From NCBI GenBank assembly GCA_050949565.1, contig JBMNFY010000008.1, positions 192,001-256,000 on the forward strand: DNA of 64,000 nt, written 5' to 3'. This document shows positions 1 through 10,700 of the stretch, in pieces. The position numbers and the translations under genes are program-made. Position 1 is the first letter of the stretch, and each line of letters starts with the position of its first letter. A model generated the notes under the pieces. It was not told the DNA's origin. It did no database searches and saw only the letters and a program-made list of their open reading frames with translations. This DNA comes from Kiritimatiellia bacterium. Its GTDB lineage: Bacteria; Verrucomicrobiota; Kiritimatiellia; RFP12; UBA1067.

Positions 1-3000
1 ACCGTGACATCAGTCGGCGTTTCAAGCGTCACGGCGGGGGGCGACTCCTCGACGGTGAGCTTGTCGACCTGCAGCTTGGCCGCGGTATCGCCGTAATGGT
101 CGTAGGTGCAAAGGGCGAGGCGCAGGTTGGCGACGCGGTGATCGGAAGGGATGGCGAACTGGTAGCGCGTCCACTCCGCTATCTGGGCGATCTGCCCGCT
201 CAGATCGCGCCAGCCCAGACCGCCGTCCTTCGAGATCAAGATGTGGAGACGGGTGTAGCTGTCGCCCTGGCTGCGCTTGGCCCAGAGTGTGACCTGCGGC
301 GCGGTGCTACCGGTAAGGTCGAGCTCCCGGTCGAGAACCATCCAGTAGCGCGCGCGGTTCCGCGCGGTCCAGCGGCAGGGGTAGCCCTCGGCGGCGCCGG
401 TGCCTTCGTAGGCATCTGCCGATACGATCCAGCCGCCGTTGAGCCAGTTGCCGAGGCCGTTCTCGAAGCGCTCGACAAAGGGCAGCGCCTGCACGGCGCC
501 GGGCGCGTGCTCGGCCACGCCCACGTCGTCGATGTGCCAGCCGTCGCCGGTGCCGCTGCCGTTGCTCTCGATGTAGAAGCGGATGTGGAGGTTGGCCTGG
601 CCGCGCCAGCGCGAGAGATCGACCGCCTGCTCGGCCCACTCGGCGCGCGCGCCCGAAACGGCGTAGACGCGCGTCCAGTTCGAGCCGTCGGACGAGACAT
701 CGAGGATGCCGTAGTCGCCGGAGGAAACGTCGTAGAAGGCGTGGCGGTCCTTGAAGCGCAGCACGGGCCACGCGGTGCCGGTAAGGTCGACGGCCGTGAG
801 CGCATAGTTGTTGCCGCTGTTGAGATAGGTGGCGTACTGCACGCCGGGCGAGTCGGTGAGACAGACCTCGGCGTCATTGGTCTCAATGCCCCAGCCGCCG
901 AGCGTGTCCCAGAGCGAGAGGTCGTTGAAGGCGTCCTCCAGCGGCGGCAGGAGCGGGACGGTGGTGGCCTGCGCCTCGTTGGAGCCCGCGTAGGTGTCGT
1001 TGGTGTTGACGATGTAGACGCGGTAGTGATAGGTCTTGCCGATGGAGAGCCCGTTGTCGGTGAAGGCGGTCGCGGCAGAGTCCGCGATGGAGGCCACGCG
1101 TGTGTCCGACCATGTCACGCCGGACGAGTCGCGCCGGTAGATCTCGTAACGCTGGAAATCGCCGCCCGCGTAGGGCGACCACGTGAGCGCCACGCTCTTG
1201 AGCGACGGGACGGGCGACGCGAGCGTCACGGCGGGGGGCGAATCCTCGACGGTGAGCTTGTCGACCTGCAGCTTGGCCTCGACATTGTAGTAGGCATGGG
1301 CTTGGAAGGCGAAGCGCAGGTTGGCGACGCGGTAATCGGCGGGGATGGCGAACTGGTGGCGCGTCCACTCCGGGCCGCGCGCGATGTGCCCGCTCAGATC
1401 GTGCCAGCTCAGGCCGCCGTCCTTGGAGAGGAGGCAGAAGAGGCCAGCGTAGTCGTCCCCTTGACTGCGCCGCGCCCAGAGCGTGACCTGCGGCGCGGCG
1501 GCGCCGGTGAGGTCGAGCTCCCGGTCGAGAACCATCCAGTAGCGCGCGCGGTTCTGCGCGGTCCAGCGGCAGGGGTAGCCTTCGGCGGCACCGGAACCTT
1601 CGAAGGCGTTCGTCGACGCGCCCCAGCCGCCGTTGAGCCAGTTGCCGAGTCCGTCCTCGAAGCGCTCGGCGAAGGGCAGCGTCTGCGCGGTGCCTGGCGC
1701 GTGCTCGGCCACGCTCACGTCGTCGATGTACCAGCCGTCGCCGGTGCCGCTACCGTCACTGCTGATGCAGAAACGAATGCGCAGGTTGGCCTGACCGCGC
1801 CAGCGCGAGAGGTCGATGGCCTGCTCGGCCCACTCGGCGCGCGCGCCGCTGACGGAGTAGACGCGCGTCCAGCCCGATCCGTCGGGCGAGACCTCGAGGA
1901 TGCCGTAGTCGCCGGACGAAACGTCGTAGAAGGCGTGGCGGTCCTTGAAGCGCAGCACGGGCCACGCGGTGCCGGTAAGGTCGACGGCCGTGAGCGCATA
2001 GTTGTTGCCGCCGTGGAGAGAGGTAGCGTACTGCACGCCGGGCGAATCGGTCAGGCAGACCTCGGCGCCGTTGGTCTCAATGCCCCAGCCGCCGAGCGTG
2101 TCCCAGAGCGAGAGGTCGTTGAAGGCGTCCTCCAGCGGCGGCAGGAGCGGGACGGTGGTGGCCTGCGCCTCGTTGGAACCCGCGTAGGTGTCGTTGGTGT
2201 TGACGACGTAGACGCGGTAGTGATAGGTCTTGCCGATGGAGAGGCCGGTGTCGGTGAAGGCGGTCGTGGACGGGTCGGTGAAGGTCGCGATGAGCGTGTG
2301 CGCCTCGTTGACCCCCGGCGCGGTGTGGCGGAAGACCTCGTAGCGCTGGAAGCCGTCGCCCGCGTAAGGCGACCATGTGAGCGCCACGCTCTTGAGCGAC
2401 GGGACGGGCGACGCGAGCGTCACGGCGGGGGGCGACTCCTCGACGGTGAGCTTGTCGACCTGCAGCTTGGCACCAGTATCGTAGTAGGCGTAGGCGTGCA
2501 AGGCGAGGCGCAGGTTGGCGACGCGGTAATCGGCGGGGATGGCGAACTGATGGCGCGTCCATGTTGTGCTGTGCGTGGGGTGTCCGCTCAGATTGTGCCA
2601 GTTCACGCCGCCGTCCTTCGAGATGGTGAGGTAGAGTCGGGCGTTGTCGTCGCCCAGGCTGCGCCGGATCCAGAACGTGACCTGCGGCGCGGCGGCACCG
2701 GAAAGGTTGAGCTCACGGCCGAGGACGATCCAGTAGCTCGAGCGGTTCTGCGCGGTCCAACGGCAGGGGTAGCCCTCGGCGGCGCCGCCGCCCTCGAAGG
2801 CGTTCGGCGACGCGCCCCAGCTGCCGCTGAGCCAGTTGGCGAGTCCGTCCTCGAAGCGCTCGATAAAGGGCAACGCCTGCGCGGCACCAGGCGTGTGCTC
2901 GGCCACGCTCACGTCGTCGATGTGCCAGCCGTCGCCGGCGCCGCCGCCGTCGCTACTGATATAGAAGCGGATGCGGAGGTTGGCCTGCCCGCGCCAGCGT

Positions 3001-3250
3001 GAAAGATCAATGGCCTGCTCGGCCCACTCGGCGCGCGCGCCGCTGACGGCGTAGACGCGCGTCCAGCCCGATCCGTCGGGCGAGACCTCGAGGATGCCGT
3101 AGTCGCCGGACGAAACGTCATAGAAGGCGTGGCGGTCTTTGAAGCGCAGCACGGGCCACGCGGTGCCGGTAAGGTCGACAGCCGTGAGTGCGTAGTTATT
3201 GCCGCTGTTGAGATAGGTGGCGTAGAAGCCGAGGGGCGAGTCGGTCAGGC
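1..3250 (-). repeat. Intragenic tandem repeat of about 1195 bp (about 398 aa), about 2.7 copies visible
   Basis: acggcggggggcga.tcctcgacggtgagcttgtcgacctgcagcttgg recurs at about 31, 1228 and 2422. Confidence 0.9.
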
Positions 3251-4910
3251 AGGCATTGCCGGTGGCATTGGTCTCAGTGGTGATCCCCCAAAGGCCACTG
3301 AAATTCCAACTGAGGTCGCCGTCCTCGAAACCGTCGACGAATGGCAGGGGGTTGTTGAGCGTGCGCGCGGAAGACTCCGCGCCATCCTCGGAATAGGTGC
3401 CGTAGGGCGAGACAACGTAGACGCGGTAGGCATATTCGGTGTCCAGCGCAAGGCCGGCGTCGATCCATTCGGTCTGCTCTGGGTCGTTGATGGTAGCGAC
3501 GCAGGGCGAGTTGGGCGTGACACCGCTGGAGGCTTGCACACGGTGGATGGCGTAGTGCGAGAATTGCGCGGCGGTGCTCTGCGGCCAGGAGAGACGCAGG
3601 GTATGCGACGTCGCCTGATCGACGAGAAGCGAGGAAGTAGCGGGCGGTGCTTCGGCGACGGAGACATCGTCGAGCCACCAGCCGTCCGCCTGATCGGCGG
3701 GACTGGTGGTGAGACGGAAACGCAACAGCACGGAGGGCTGCCCCACATAAGCGGAGAGACTGATACGCTCACGGCTCCAAGCGTTGGTGGCGGTGAGGGC
3801 GGTATAGGTCTTGAGCGCCGTCCAATCGGCACCATTGTTGATGGAGGCCTCGACCACGGCGGAGTCGCCGGAGCGGATGTCGCACTGCTGCCGGAACGAG
3901 AGCACGGGGGCCTGCGCAGCGGCGAGATTGAGCGGCGCGGCAAGACTAAGGCCGGCGTTACTGGAGTTTGGATAGAGCGCACCGGGCGAGTCGCTCCAGG
4001 CGCGCGTGCCGGAGCAGGCGCGCTCGTCCGAACGCGCCCAACCGCCGTCACCGACCCAGTATGCGCCGTCGGTCTCGACCGTATCGATGAAGGGATAGTC
4101 CATGCCGGGTGGCAGCAACACGGATTTCTCGTCGCTCATGGCATGCAAGCCTTCCGACGTGAGAGCCATAACCATGTAGTGCAACTGCGTTTTGGACGCA
4201 ACGGTGACGTCAGTAAAGCATGTTGTCGATGCCGGGGTTTCGCCGACGAGCGTGGCGGAGCGCCAGTCGAGCTGTGCCGTCGCCGAGCGGTAGATGCGGT
4301 ACGTCGAGACAGCAGTGGACGGGCTCGGCGACCAGGCAAGATTGACGGCGCTGACGCCCTGCGCCGTGGCGTTGGTCAAGACAGGCGGCTGCGGAGCTTC
4401 GCCGACGAGCACGTCGTCGATGTACCAACCGTCCATGACGACCGAGGCGTCGGTCACGAGGCGGAAGCGTATTTTGACGGCGGACTGTCCAGCGCAGGAG
4501 GTCAGGTCGAGTTGCTCGCGCACCCATGCGGCACGCGAACCGGTGTAAGCGGCCAACTCGCTCTAAGTGGTACCGCCGTCTGTGGAGACTTCGACCCGTG
4601 CCCAGTCGTACGATTGCTCCAACTCATGCCGGTGATAGAAACGGAGCGCGGGGCGCGTAGACGTCGAGAGGTTGAGCGGCGCAGTCAGCGTCAGCGTGGT
4701 GTCGGCGTTGTTTGCATAATAAGCGCCGGGACTGTCCGTCACGGAACGGGCCGGCGACCAAGCGTCGGCGGTTGTGGTACCCCAAGAACCGCTTGCGCTC
4801 CATGCGCCAAGTCCTGACTCGAAATCCTGATTGGCAAGCTGCGCATGCGCAGACAAAGCAACAACCGCCACAAAACTGAACAGTGCCGTTCCCAACCTCA
4901 TACCGCTCAC
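1..4910 (-). pseudogene. Large secreted repeat protein (FN3 plus MAM/immune-inhibitor-A-like jelly-roll domains), runs off the left edge; one in-frame TAG at 4563-4565
   Basis: Signal peptide MRLGTALFSFVAVVALSAHAQ. After ...VSTDGGTT(TAG) the same frame continues SELAAYTGSRAAW... and still reads LTVEESPPAVTLETPTDVT at base 1; no downstream stop is implied by the ORF track. Repeated DLSRWRGQANL(R/H)IRF/GW(H/Y)IDDV and FN3-like YHYRVY(V/I)VN motifs. Confidence 0.8.
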
Positions 4911-4991
4911 GACCTCTCCTCCTCGTTGACAGGGCTAGATAAACTGACGCCATTCATCTTACACCAAAGTAGACACCATGACAACCACCCC

Positions 4992-7900
4992 TCAAAGGGA
5001 AAGGTCGAGCCTGCCGCAGCGTAGGCGCGCGTCATGCGCAAAAAGCGAGAGCCGCCAGCGTCCAGGAGTCTCCGGCACGGTGAACGAAAGAGTGACCAAA
5101 CCTTCGCTGTCGGACACCGCTTGCGGTAAGAAAAAGCGCGGCGCACGCACCGCCACCGCCCTATGCGTTCCGGCCGTACCGTCCACGCTGGTCTCTTGAA
5201 TCAGCATCGCTGGTATGCGTACATGCTCCGCATCGGACTGCGCATCGTCTTTTGGCGGATCAATGTCATACGTGCGCCACGTACGGTAGCGCCATGCATC
5301 CGGCTCGCGGTCATCACGCCAACTGCCGCACAGTTGCGCCAGTCGCACACCGTGGTTTTGAAACTGGAACCCGACATTCGTCGTACACGCGCCGGTCTGG
5401 TTGTCGTTGTCTGTCTCCCACCATGCCGATATGGCAGGGGCATCTTCGGTTGACAGCAACGCCAAAAGTTCAGCCGCGCAACCCGCGCCGTCCGGCCCCG
5501 TCACCTTGACCGTGCAGGTGATCCGCTCGCCCGGACGTCCTGCAGGCGGCAGGCCCTCTACCGTCAGTGAGAGCTTCTGGTCGCGACGCTCCACCTCCAC
5601 CCGGCGCTCATGCGTGTAGGCGCGGTTCTCGCGTACACACAACGTGCGAAACCAAAACCCACCGCGCACCGCAGTGTCGACAGGCAGTTCGAACCGTTGT
5701 TGCGTGACCTCGGGATCGGTACGCATGCGCAGCAGTTCGAGCCCATCCGTCTCCGCTAACATCAGCGCCGATGCGCGCGCGTAACCGCTGCCCCAGACCG
5801 CACGGAAGCGATCGCCCGCAGGCACACGCCACGATTCGGCCGCGACATGTACCGGCACCGTAAAGGGCAGGCGTCGCGCATCCGGATCGAACACCCGCAC
5901 ATTCCGCCGCGCGGCCACGCGCCGCCCGGCGGGATCGCGCGTTTCGTAGGTCAATCGGAATACGCCGACAGGCAACGGTATTGAGCCGGAGGCGATCCCA
6001 TTGGTACCGGTCTGCACACGCTCTTCACCCAACGTCCGCAACTCCGGCCAAGCTTCAACGGGGTCCTCTCCGTCATCACCAGAGTAGACCCCCGAAGCCG
6101 AACCATCGAGCAACGGCAAGGGAGGCCGCTTGACCCACTCCGGCGGTTTGAGCTGAACAACCCGCAATTCGCCGGGCGTAACGACAGCCGTGCCGCCCAG
6201 AGCCTGCACGCCGATCTCAAATCTGACGGGTTGCGATGAGGTTTGCCAAGCATCAGCCGCAATCCGCGCGTACCATGCTGTCTCATCCAGCACCATCGGC
6301 AGGTCTGCGCGTCCGCTCCCTCCGTCGACGGCGTCCACCTCGGCCGTCACAGTAAACACGCATGCCGCAGAATCGGCTTCCTCACGCTGCGGCGGTGCCT
6401 TGGCGAAGAAGGTTACGGCGTACGTGCCTTGCGCATCGCTCACGGTTGAACCGGCGGTCAGCGGCACCGTCGCACACGGGTCAGTCCCCTTTCGATGCCA
6501 TGCAACCCGCCACGACACGCGAGCACCCGGCACCGCCACACCGTCCCGGACAACCCTCCCGTTGACGGTCAGCACATCTCCGAGCCGTGCACCGGGCGGA
6601 GGCAGCGCCAACGTGACATCCAGCGCCTTAGGATCGGCGGCCTCAATCCGAACCGAAGTCGATCCGATCCCCTCGGCGGCAAGCGTGAAGAGGCCGGGCG
6701 GCGTGTCATCAGGAATGACCATCTCTCCCGAACAGGACCCGAATGGCGTACACGTGACCTCCTGTTCGGCCAAACGCCGATCTGACGCATCCATCCCCGC
6801 GATCTTGACGCGCAAACCGGCCGCCGCATACACGCTATGCGTCACCGGATCATCCTTCCAGAAGAATCCCCGGTAGCGCAGGGGCTGACCGGGGCGATAC
6901 ACGTCGCGGTCGGTCACGAATGCACCACACGTCTCAGGGGCTTCAAAACGCGTGCGCACATTCCCCTTCCAAAGTGGCCTCCATGTTTGCGCGGCATCGC
7001 CCTGCCGTTCGGCAAGGATCATGATCTCCCCCGCACGCCCCCCGAGCACAGCGAACCCGCCATCCTCAGCCGTCTCCATCACCCACTCGCGTTTGAAATT
7101 CCCTTCCGCCTGCTTACGCCACACCGTGACACGTGCCGCCGGGACCGGCTCGCCTTCACGCGCCGTCAGCACATACCCGAGGATGCGATCAGGCTTTTGG
7201 TCGATCACCAATGCCAGGCGTGAGACCCTGAACATCTCCCACATGATCGGCGCACTCTCGGTCTCGAAAGACGCGTCCGGCGAAACGAACAGCGCATAAA
7301 GTCCGTTCGGAAGATCCTGCGGCACCGAAACGCGGTGGTTGCGGATCCGATAATCCCCCGCTGGCGGCAACGCCACCCCCCACTGCTTCAGCGGTCTGCG
7401 CGCCAGCCACTGCGCCGGAGTCGCGTCCTCCTCCGGCTGCCGGGGGCGGCGCGGCACAAATGCTTCATCGAACGGCACACGTACCGCACGGAAATGGAGC
7501 TGCGTCAGGTTCTTGTAAGCGATCTCGAACTGCGGCCACGGCGCACACCAGACACGTTCTGAAGTGAGCGCGAGAGACGGCACCTCGATCCGGGCGATCA
7601 AGTTGCGGCATTGCGCGGCACCAATGCTCGCCGGATATGCGGACGCGCCTTTTTGCGCAACAACGCGTGCCAAAGAGGCGTCCCCCGCATCGAACGCAAG
7701 TTGCGCCCGGAGAGCGAACGCACGCGATGACAGCTCGTGCGTCCGCCACTTGTGCGCGAATCGGTCCAGCGCCGCGCAGTATCGCTCCTCCCGCTCCTCA
7801 CCCACCACCAGCGGATAACAGAACTGCAAGCGATTCAAGTCGGCATCGGCATACGCGGCAGGATCCTCGTCGTCCGCGTGAAAGGCGAGCAGCGCTTGCC

Positions 7901-8666
7901 ACAGGCGCAGTGCCCGCAACACACGGGAATGGCGCGCCGCCCCATCGGGGATCACAAAGTTAAAACCAGCAACGTCTTGCAAGGCGGGGCCGTCAGGGTC
8001 CAGTGTCACCGATTCCGTATCATCAAGCTTCTGCTCCCGGCACCACGCATAGAACTCCAACAGATCATACGCAATGACATCGAACAGCGTCGGGCGCAAC
8101 GCATCCGCCACGGTGCCCGCGTCAAACAACGCCCCGTACATCCCGACAGGAATCCGCTTGAGCACATCCTCAAAGGCCATCGCACGCTGGTAACACTGTT
8201 CGATCTCGTTCAGCAAACCCTCCGGTTGTCGCGGTATGCCTTCGACTGCCGGAACGTCACGTTCTTGGCCACCGAAAAGGTGTTCGGCATACGACCGGAA
8301 GCGACGCGCGGCCAGCACCTCCAGCACGGCCCGCATGGGAAGCGGCGCACGGGACGCCGTGTCTTTCAGCTTCAGCGCGGCCGAACCGGAAGGCACCGTA
8401 TTCGTCGCCACCTCCAACTCGACATATTGTGCAACGGCACGCGCGGCGTGTCCCCATTCCTGCTCCTTCACCGCCGCCTGCTCAATCGACGCCAGCAACG
8501 TCGTCGCCGCCCTGAAATCCCGTTGCTCCAAAGCCGCCTGCGCCTGCTGCCACTGGCCCGCAAGGTCGGCCCCGGCATTGCCAGCCCCAAGCAGACGCGA
8601 GGCCGAACACGCCGCCAAGACAAACACCCTTGCGGCACGCATAAAACGCAAACCATCCAATTGCAT
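4992..8666 (-). CDS. Alpha-2-macroglobulin family (MG2 domain) protein, apparently C-terminally short
   Basis: MG2-type motif FVTDRDVYRPGQ and A2M-type motif FTVPETPGRWRLSLFAH at the very end; N-terminal signal-like segment. Confidence 0.8.
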   Translation of the reverse strand: MQLDGLRFMRAARVFVLAACSASRLLGAGNAGADLAGQWQQAQAALEQRDFRAATTLLASIEQAAVKEQEWGHAARAVAQYVELEVATNTVPSGSAALKLKDTASRAPLPMRAVLEVLAARRFRSYAEHLFGGQERDVPAVEGIPRQPEGLLNEIEQCYQRAMAFEDVLKRIPVGMYGALFDAGTVADALRPTLFDVIAYDLLEFYAWCREQKLDDTESVTLDPDGPALQDVAGFNFVIPDGAARHSRVLRALRLWQALLAFHADDEDPAAYADADLNRLQFCYPLVVGEEREERYCAALDRFAHKWRTHELSSRAFALRAQLAFDAGDASLARVVAQKGASAYPASIGAAQCRNLIARIEVPSLALTSERVWCAPWPQFEIAYKNLTQLHFRAVRVPFDEAFVPRRPRQPEEDATPAQWLARRPLKQWGVALPPAGDYRIRNHRVSVPQDLPNGLYALFVSPDASFETESAPIMWEMFRVSRLALVIDQKPDRILGYVLTAREGEPVPAARVTVWRKQAEGNFKREWVMETAEDGGFAVLGGRAGEIMILAERQGDAAQTWRPLWKGNVRTRFEAPETCGAFVTDRDVYRPGQPLRYRGFFWKDDPVTHSVYAAAGLRVKIAGMDASDRRLAEQEVTCTPFGSCSGEMVIPDDTPPGLFTLAAEGIGSTSVRIEAADPKALDVTLALPPPGARLGDVLTVNGRVVRDGVAVPGARVSWRVAWHRKGTDPCATVPLTAGSTVSDAQGTYAVTFFAKAPPQREEADSAACVFTVTAEVDAVDGGSGRADLPMVLDETAWYARIAADAWQTSSQPVRFEIGVQALGGTAVVTPGELRVVQLKPPEWVKRPPLPLLDGSASGVYSGDDGEDPVEAWPELRTLGEERVQTGTNGIASGSIPLPVGVFRLTYETRDPAGRRVAARRNVRVFDPDARRLPFTVPVHVAAESWRVPAGDRFRAVWGSGYARASALMLAETDGLELLRMRTDPEVTQQRFELPVDTAVRGGFWFRTLCVRENRAYTHERRVEVERRDQKLSLTVEGLPPAGRPGERITCTVKVTGPDGAGCAAELLALLSTEDAPAISAWWETDNDNQTGACTTNVGFQFQNHGVRLAQLCGSWRDDREPDAWRYRTWRTYDIDPPKDDAQSDAEHVRIPAMLIQETSVDGTAGTHRAVAVRAPRFFLPQAVSDSEGLVTLSFTVPETPGRWRLSLFAHDARLRCGRLDLSL

Positions 8667-8792
8667 GTTTGGAGATTACCAAGATGCCCCATTTGCGGCA
8701 AGAACATCACTTTCCGCTTCCAGTCGGAAACGAACTTGGGTACGATGTTACAGAAGGTTTTGTATTGCCTGTTGTCAGCAAAGGAGTGAGTC

Positions 8793-10586
8793 ATGAAACG
8801 AACGGTCCATCGCATCATGTGTACGGTTATTTTTTGTGCATCCGTGTTCGGCGCGCTCGCGCCACGCGCTTCGCGAGCCGGCGTCTATGACGATGCCACC
8901 GCCTGGTGGCATTTGGATTACGATCCAGATCACGATCCCCAAGCCTTGAATATAGCGGTCGCGAACGACATCCGCGATCAACGGGACTGGGGGACGACGG
9001 CGGTGAAGGGCGCGAGCGGATGGCATGCCTCCGGCGTGCGCGGTGTGCTCGGCGGTCCGCTCTGGACCAACGCCCCGGTCGTCTGCCCGGCCGGTGGCCG
9101 GCATTACGGCGGCCTCAGCCTGTGCTTCCGGCAGGAGACCAACGCTTTGGGGCAGGTATGGCCCGACACCATCAAGATCGACAACCTCCGCTTAGGCGGC
9201 TCGTCCACGATCGTGACCCGCTTCCGTTGGGACGGCATCACATGCAGTAGCGGCTACCCCGGTTGGATCTACAACAATTCGCTCAGTTGGAGCAGTCGGC
9301 AGGGCTGGATGTTCGGCGTGCGGCACGACGGCGGCAACCGCCTGGGCATGTTCGTCGGACAGACCGCTTTTTATCTAGGCACCTCCTCAAACGTCATTAC
9401 CGGCAAGTGGTACGATGCCGCCGCCGTGCTCACCGACAACGGCCCCGATAACACGGACACAGTCGAGCTTTTCCTCTGGCCCGAGGACGGCACGCTCCTG
9501 TACCAGAAGTTCACGACCTCTGCCGTCACCAATACGATAAGCGGCTCAGGCACGGTAATCGGCTCGGAGTCTTTTCAGGACGGCTACACCAGCCCATCGG
9601 CATCCAATTCCGGCAAAAGCTTTAAGGGGCTTATCAACCATCTCGCGGTCTGGAATCGGGCGCTCTCCTACGAAGAAGTGCTCGAAGCCTTCTGCTTCCC
9701 GCAACCGCTGGTGCAGATCGGCCTGCACAATAGTGCGGTGACGGAACTGCGTGTCGAGACCGAAGCCGACCCCGTGTTTCATCCCGGCGATCCGTGGCAC
9801 ACCGTACCGCGCGCACTCAACACGACGCATCCCGACCTGACGCTGAAGATCCCACTGACGGATCTACAAACGAACCTCAACTATGTCTTCCACCTCAAGA
9901 CATTCCAGACCAGCACCGCAGGACAAAAAGCCAAGCTGCGCTTCTCCGTCAATGCCGCAACCGGCCGGGACATCCGGCTCGGGGCCAATCAGGATTTCTT
10001 CTGGCCGATCCCCAAGGAGCAGCTTGTGGGCGGCACCAACACCTTCACGCTGAGTTACGTTGGCGGACCCGCCACATGGATATCCTTCGATTGGATGGAA
10101 CTGGGCGGCGCGTGGCAAATGGGAATCGACAACAACAGCGCCGGGGAGTTTATCGCAGAAAACAAGACCGGCGACCACTTTTACATCACCGACCCGAACT
10201 GGAAGAATTTGGAGCGCGCCATTGTGCAAGGATCAGACTCCAACACCGTGCTCCATTTCGTGCTGTCGCCTGAGATGGTATCGAATGTCACCTTCTCCTA
10301 CACCACGCGCATCGTTCAACAGGGGTGCAACCCGGGCACCCTGCCCACGCCACCCTACCCCTTTAGCATCGGCGTGAACGGGCGCATCCTCTACCAATCC
10401 ACCGGTCTGCCGGACAACACACTGCTCAACCTGCCGTTTGTACCCGGCGACCTGCGGCCCGGCGAGAACGACATCAACCTGATGTTCAACAGCACCAACG
10501 GCTGGTTGCAGTTTGATTTTCACCGGCTCGACACGCAGCCGTGGGAGTTGCCATGGCCCGGTGGATCACTCCTCTACCTGCAATAG
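8793..10586 (+). CDS. Secreted protein with LamG/ConA-like domain and two beta-sandwich repeats
   Basis: RBS aaggag; signal peptide; LamG-like FKGLINHLAVWNRALSYEEV; repeats ending WISFDWMEL and WLQFDFHRL; C-terminal tail PWPGGSLLYLQ. Confidence 0.75.
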   Translation: MKRTVHRIMCTVIFCASVFGALAPRASRAGVYDDATAWWHLDYDPDHDPQALNIAVANDIRDQRDWGTTAVKGASGWHASGVRGVLGGPLWTNAPVVCPAGGRHYGGLSLCFRQETNALGQVWPDTIKIDNLRLGGSSTIVTRFRWDGITCSSGYPGWIYNNSLSWSSRQGWMFGVRHDGGNRLGMFVGQTAFYLGTSSNVITGKWYDAAAVLTDNGPDNTDTVELFLWPEDGTLLYQKFTTSAVTNTISGSGTVIGSESFQDGYTSPSASNSGKSFKGLINHLAVWNRALSYEEVLEAFCFPQPLVQIGLHNSAVTELRVETEADPVFHPGDPWHTVPRALNTTHPDLTLKIPLTDLQTNLNYVFHLKTFQTSTAGQKAKLRFSVNAATGRDIRLGANQDFFWPIPKEQLVGGTNTFTLSYVGGPATWISFDWMELGGAWQMGIDNNSAGEFIAENKTGDHFYITDPNWKNLERAIVQGSDSNTVLHFVLSPEMVSNVTFSYTTRIVQQGCNPGTLPTPPYPFSIGVNGRILYQSTGLPDNTLLNLPFVPGDLRPGENDINLMFNSTNGWLQFDFHRLDTQPWELPWPGGSLLYLQ

Positions 10587-10602
10587 CGAACCGAGCAAAG
10601 GC

Positions 10603-10631
10603 TTGCTCCCGCGACTCCGTTCCACTATAAT
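10603..10631 (+). promoter_or_regulatory. Putative sigma70 promoter upstream of rpoN
   Basis: TTGCTC-17 bp-TATAAT. Confidence 0.5.
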
Positions 10632-10700
10632 ACGGGCATTTACAAAATGTGGTACGGATGATGCTTGCAGAAAGTGAGCACTCTCCAGAATGGTACTCGC

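Noticed and set aside
1-3250. Diversity-generating retroelement behind the variable repeat patches
   Set aside because: No reverse transcriptase or template repeat in the window; differences include indels and do not appear adenine-restricted.
96-4817. Long + strand ORFs 96-3002 and 3129-4817
   Set aside because: Antisense shadows in the same codon register as the real minus-strand repeat protein; no recognisable motifs.
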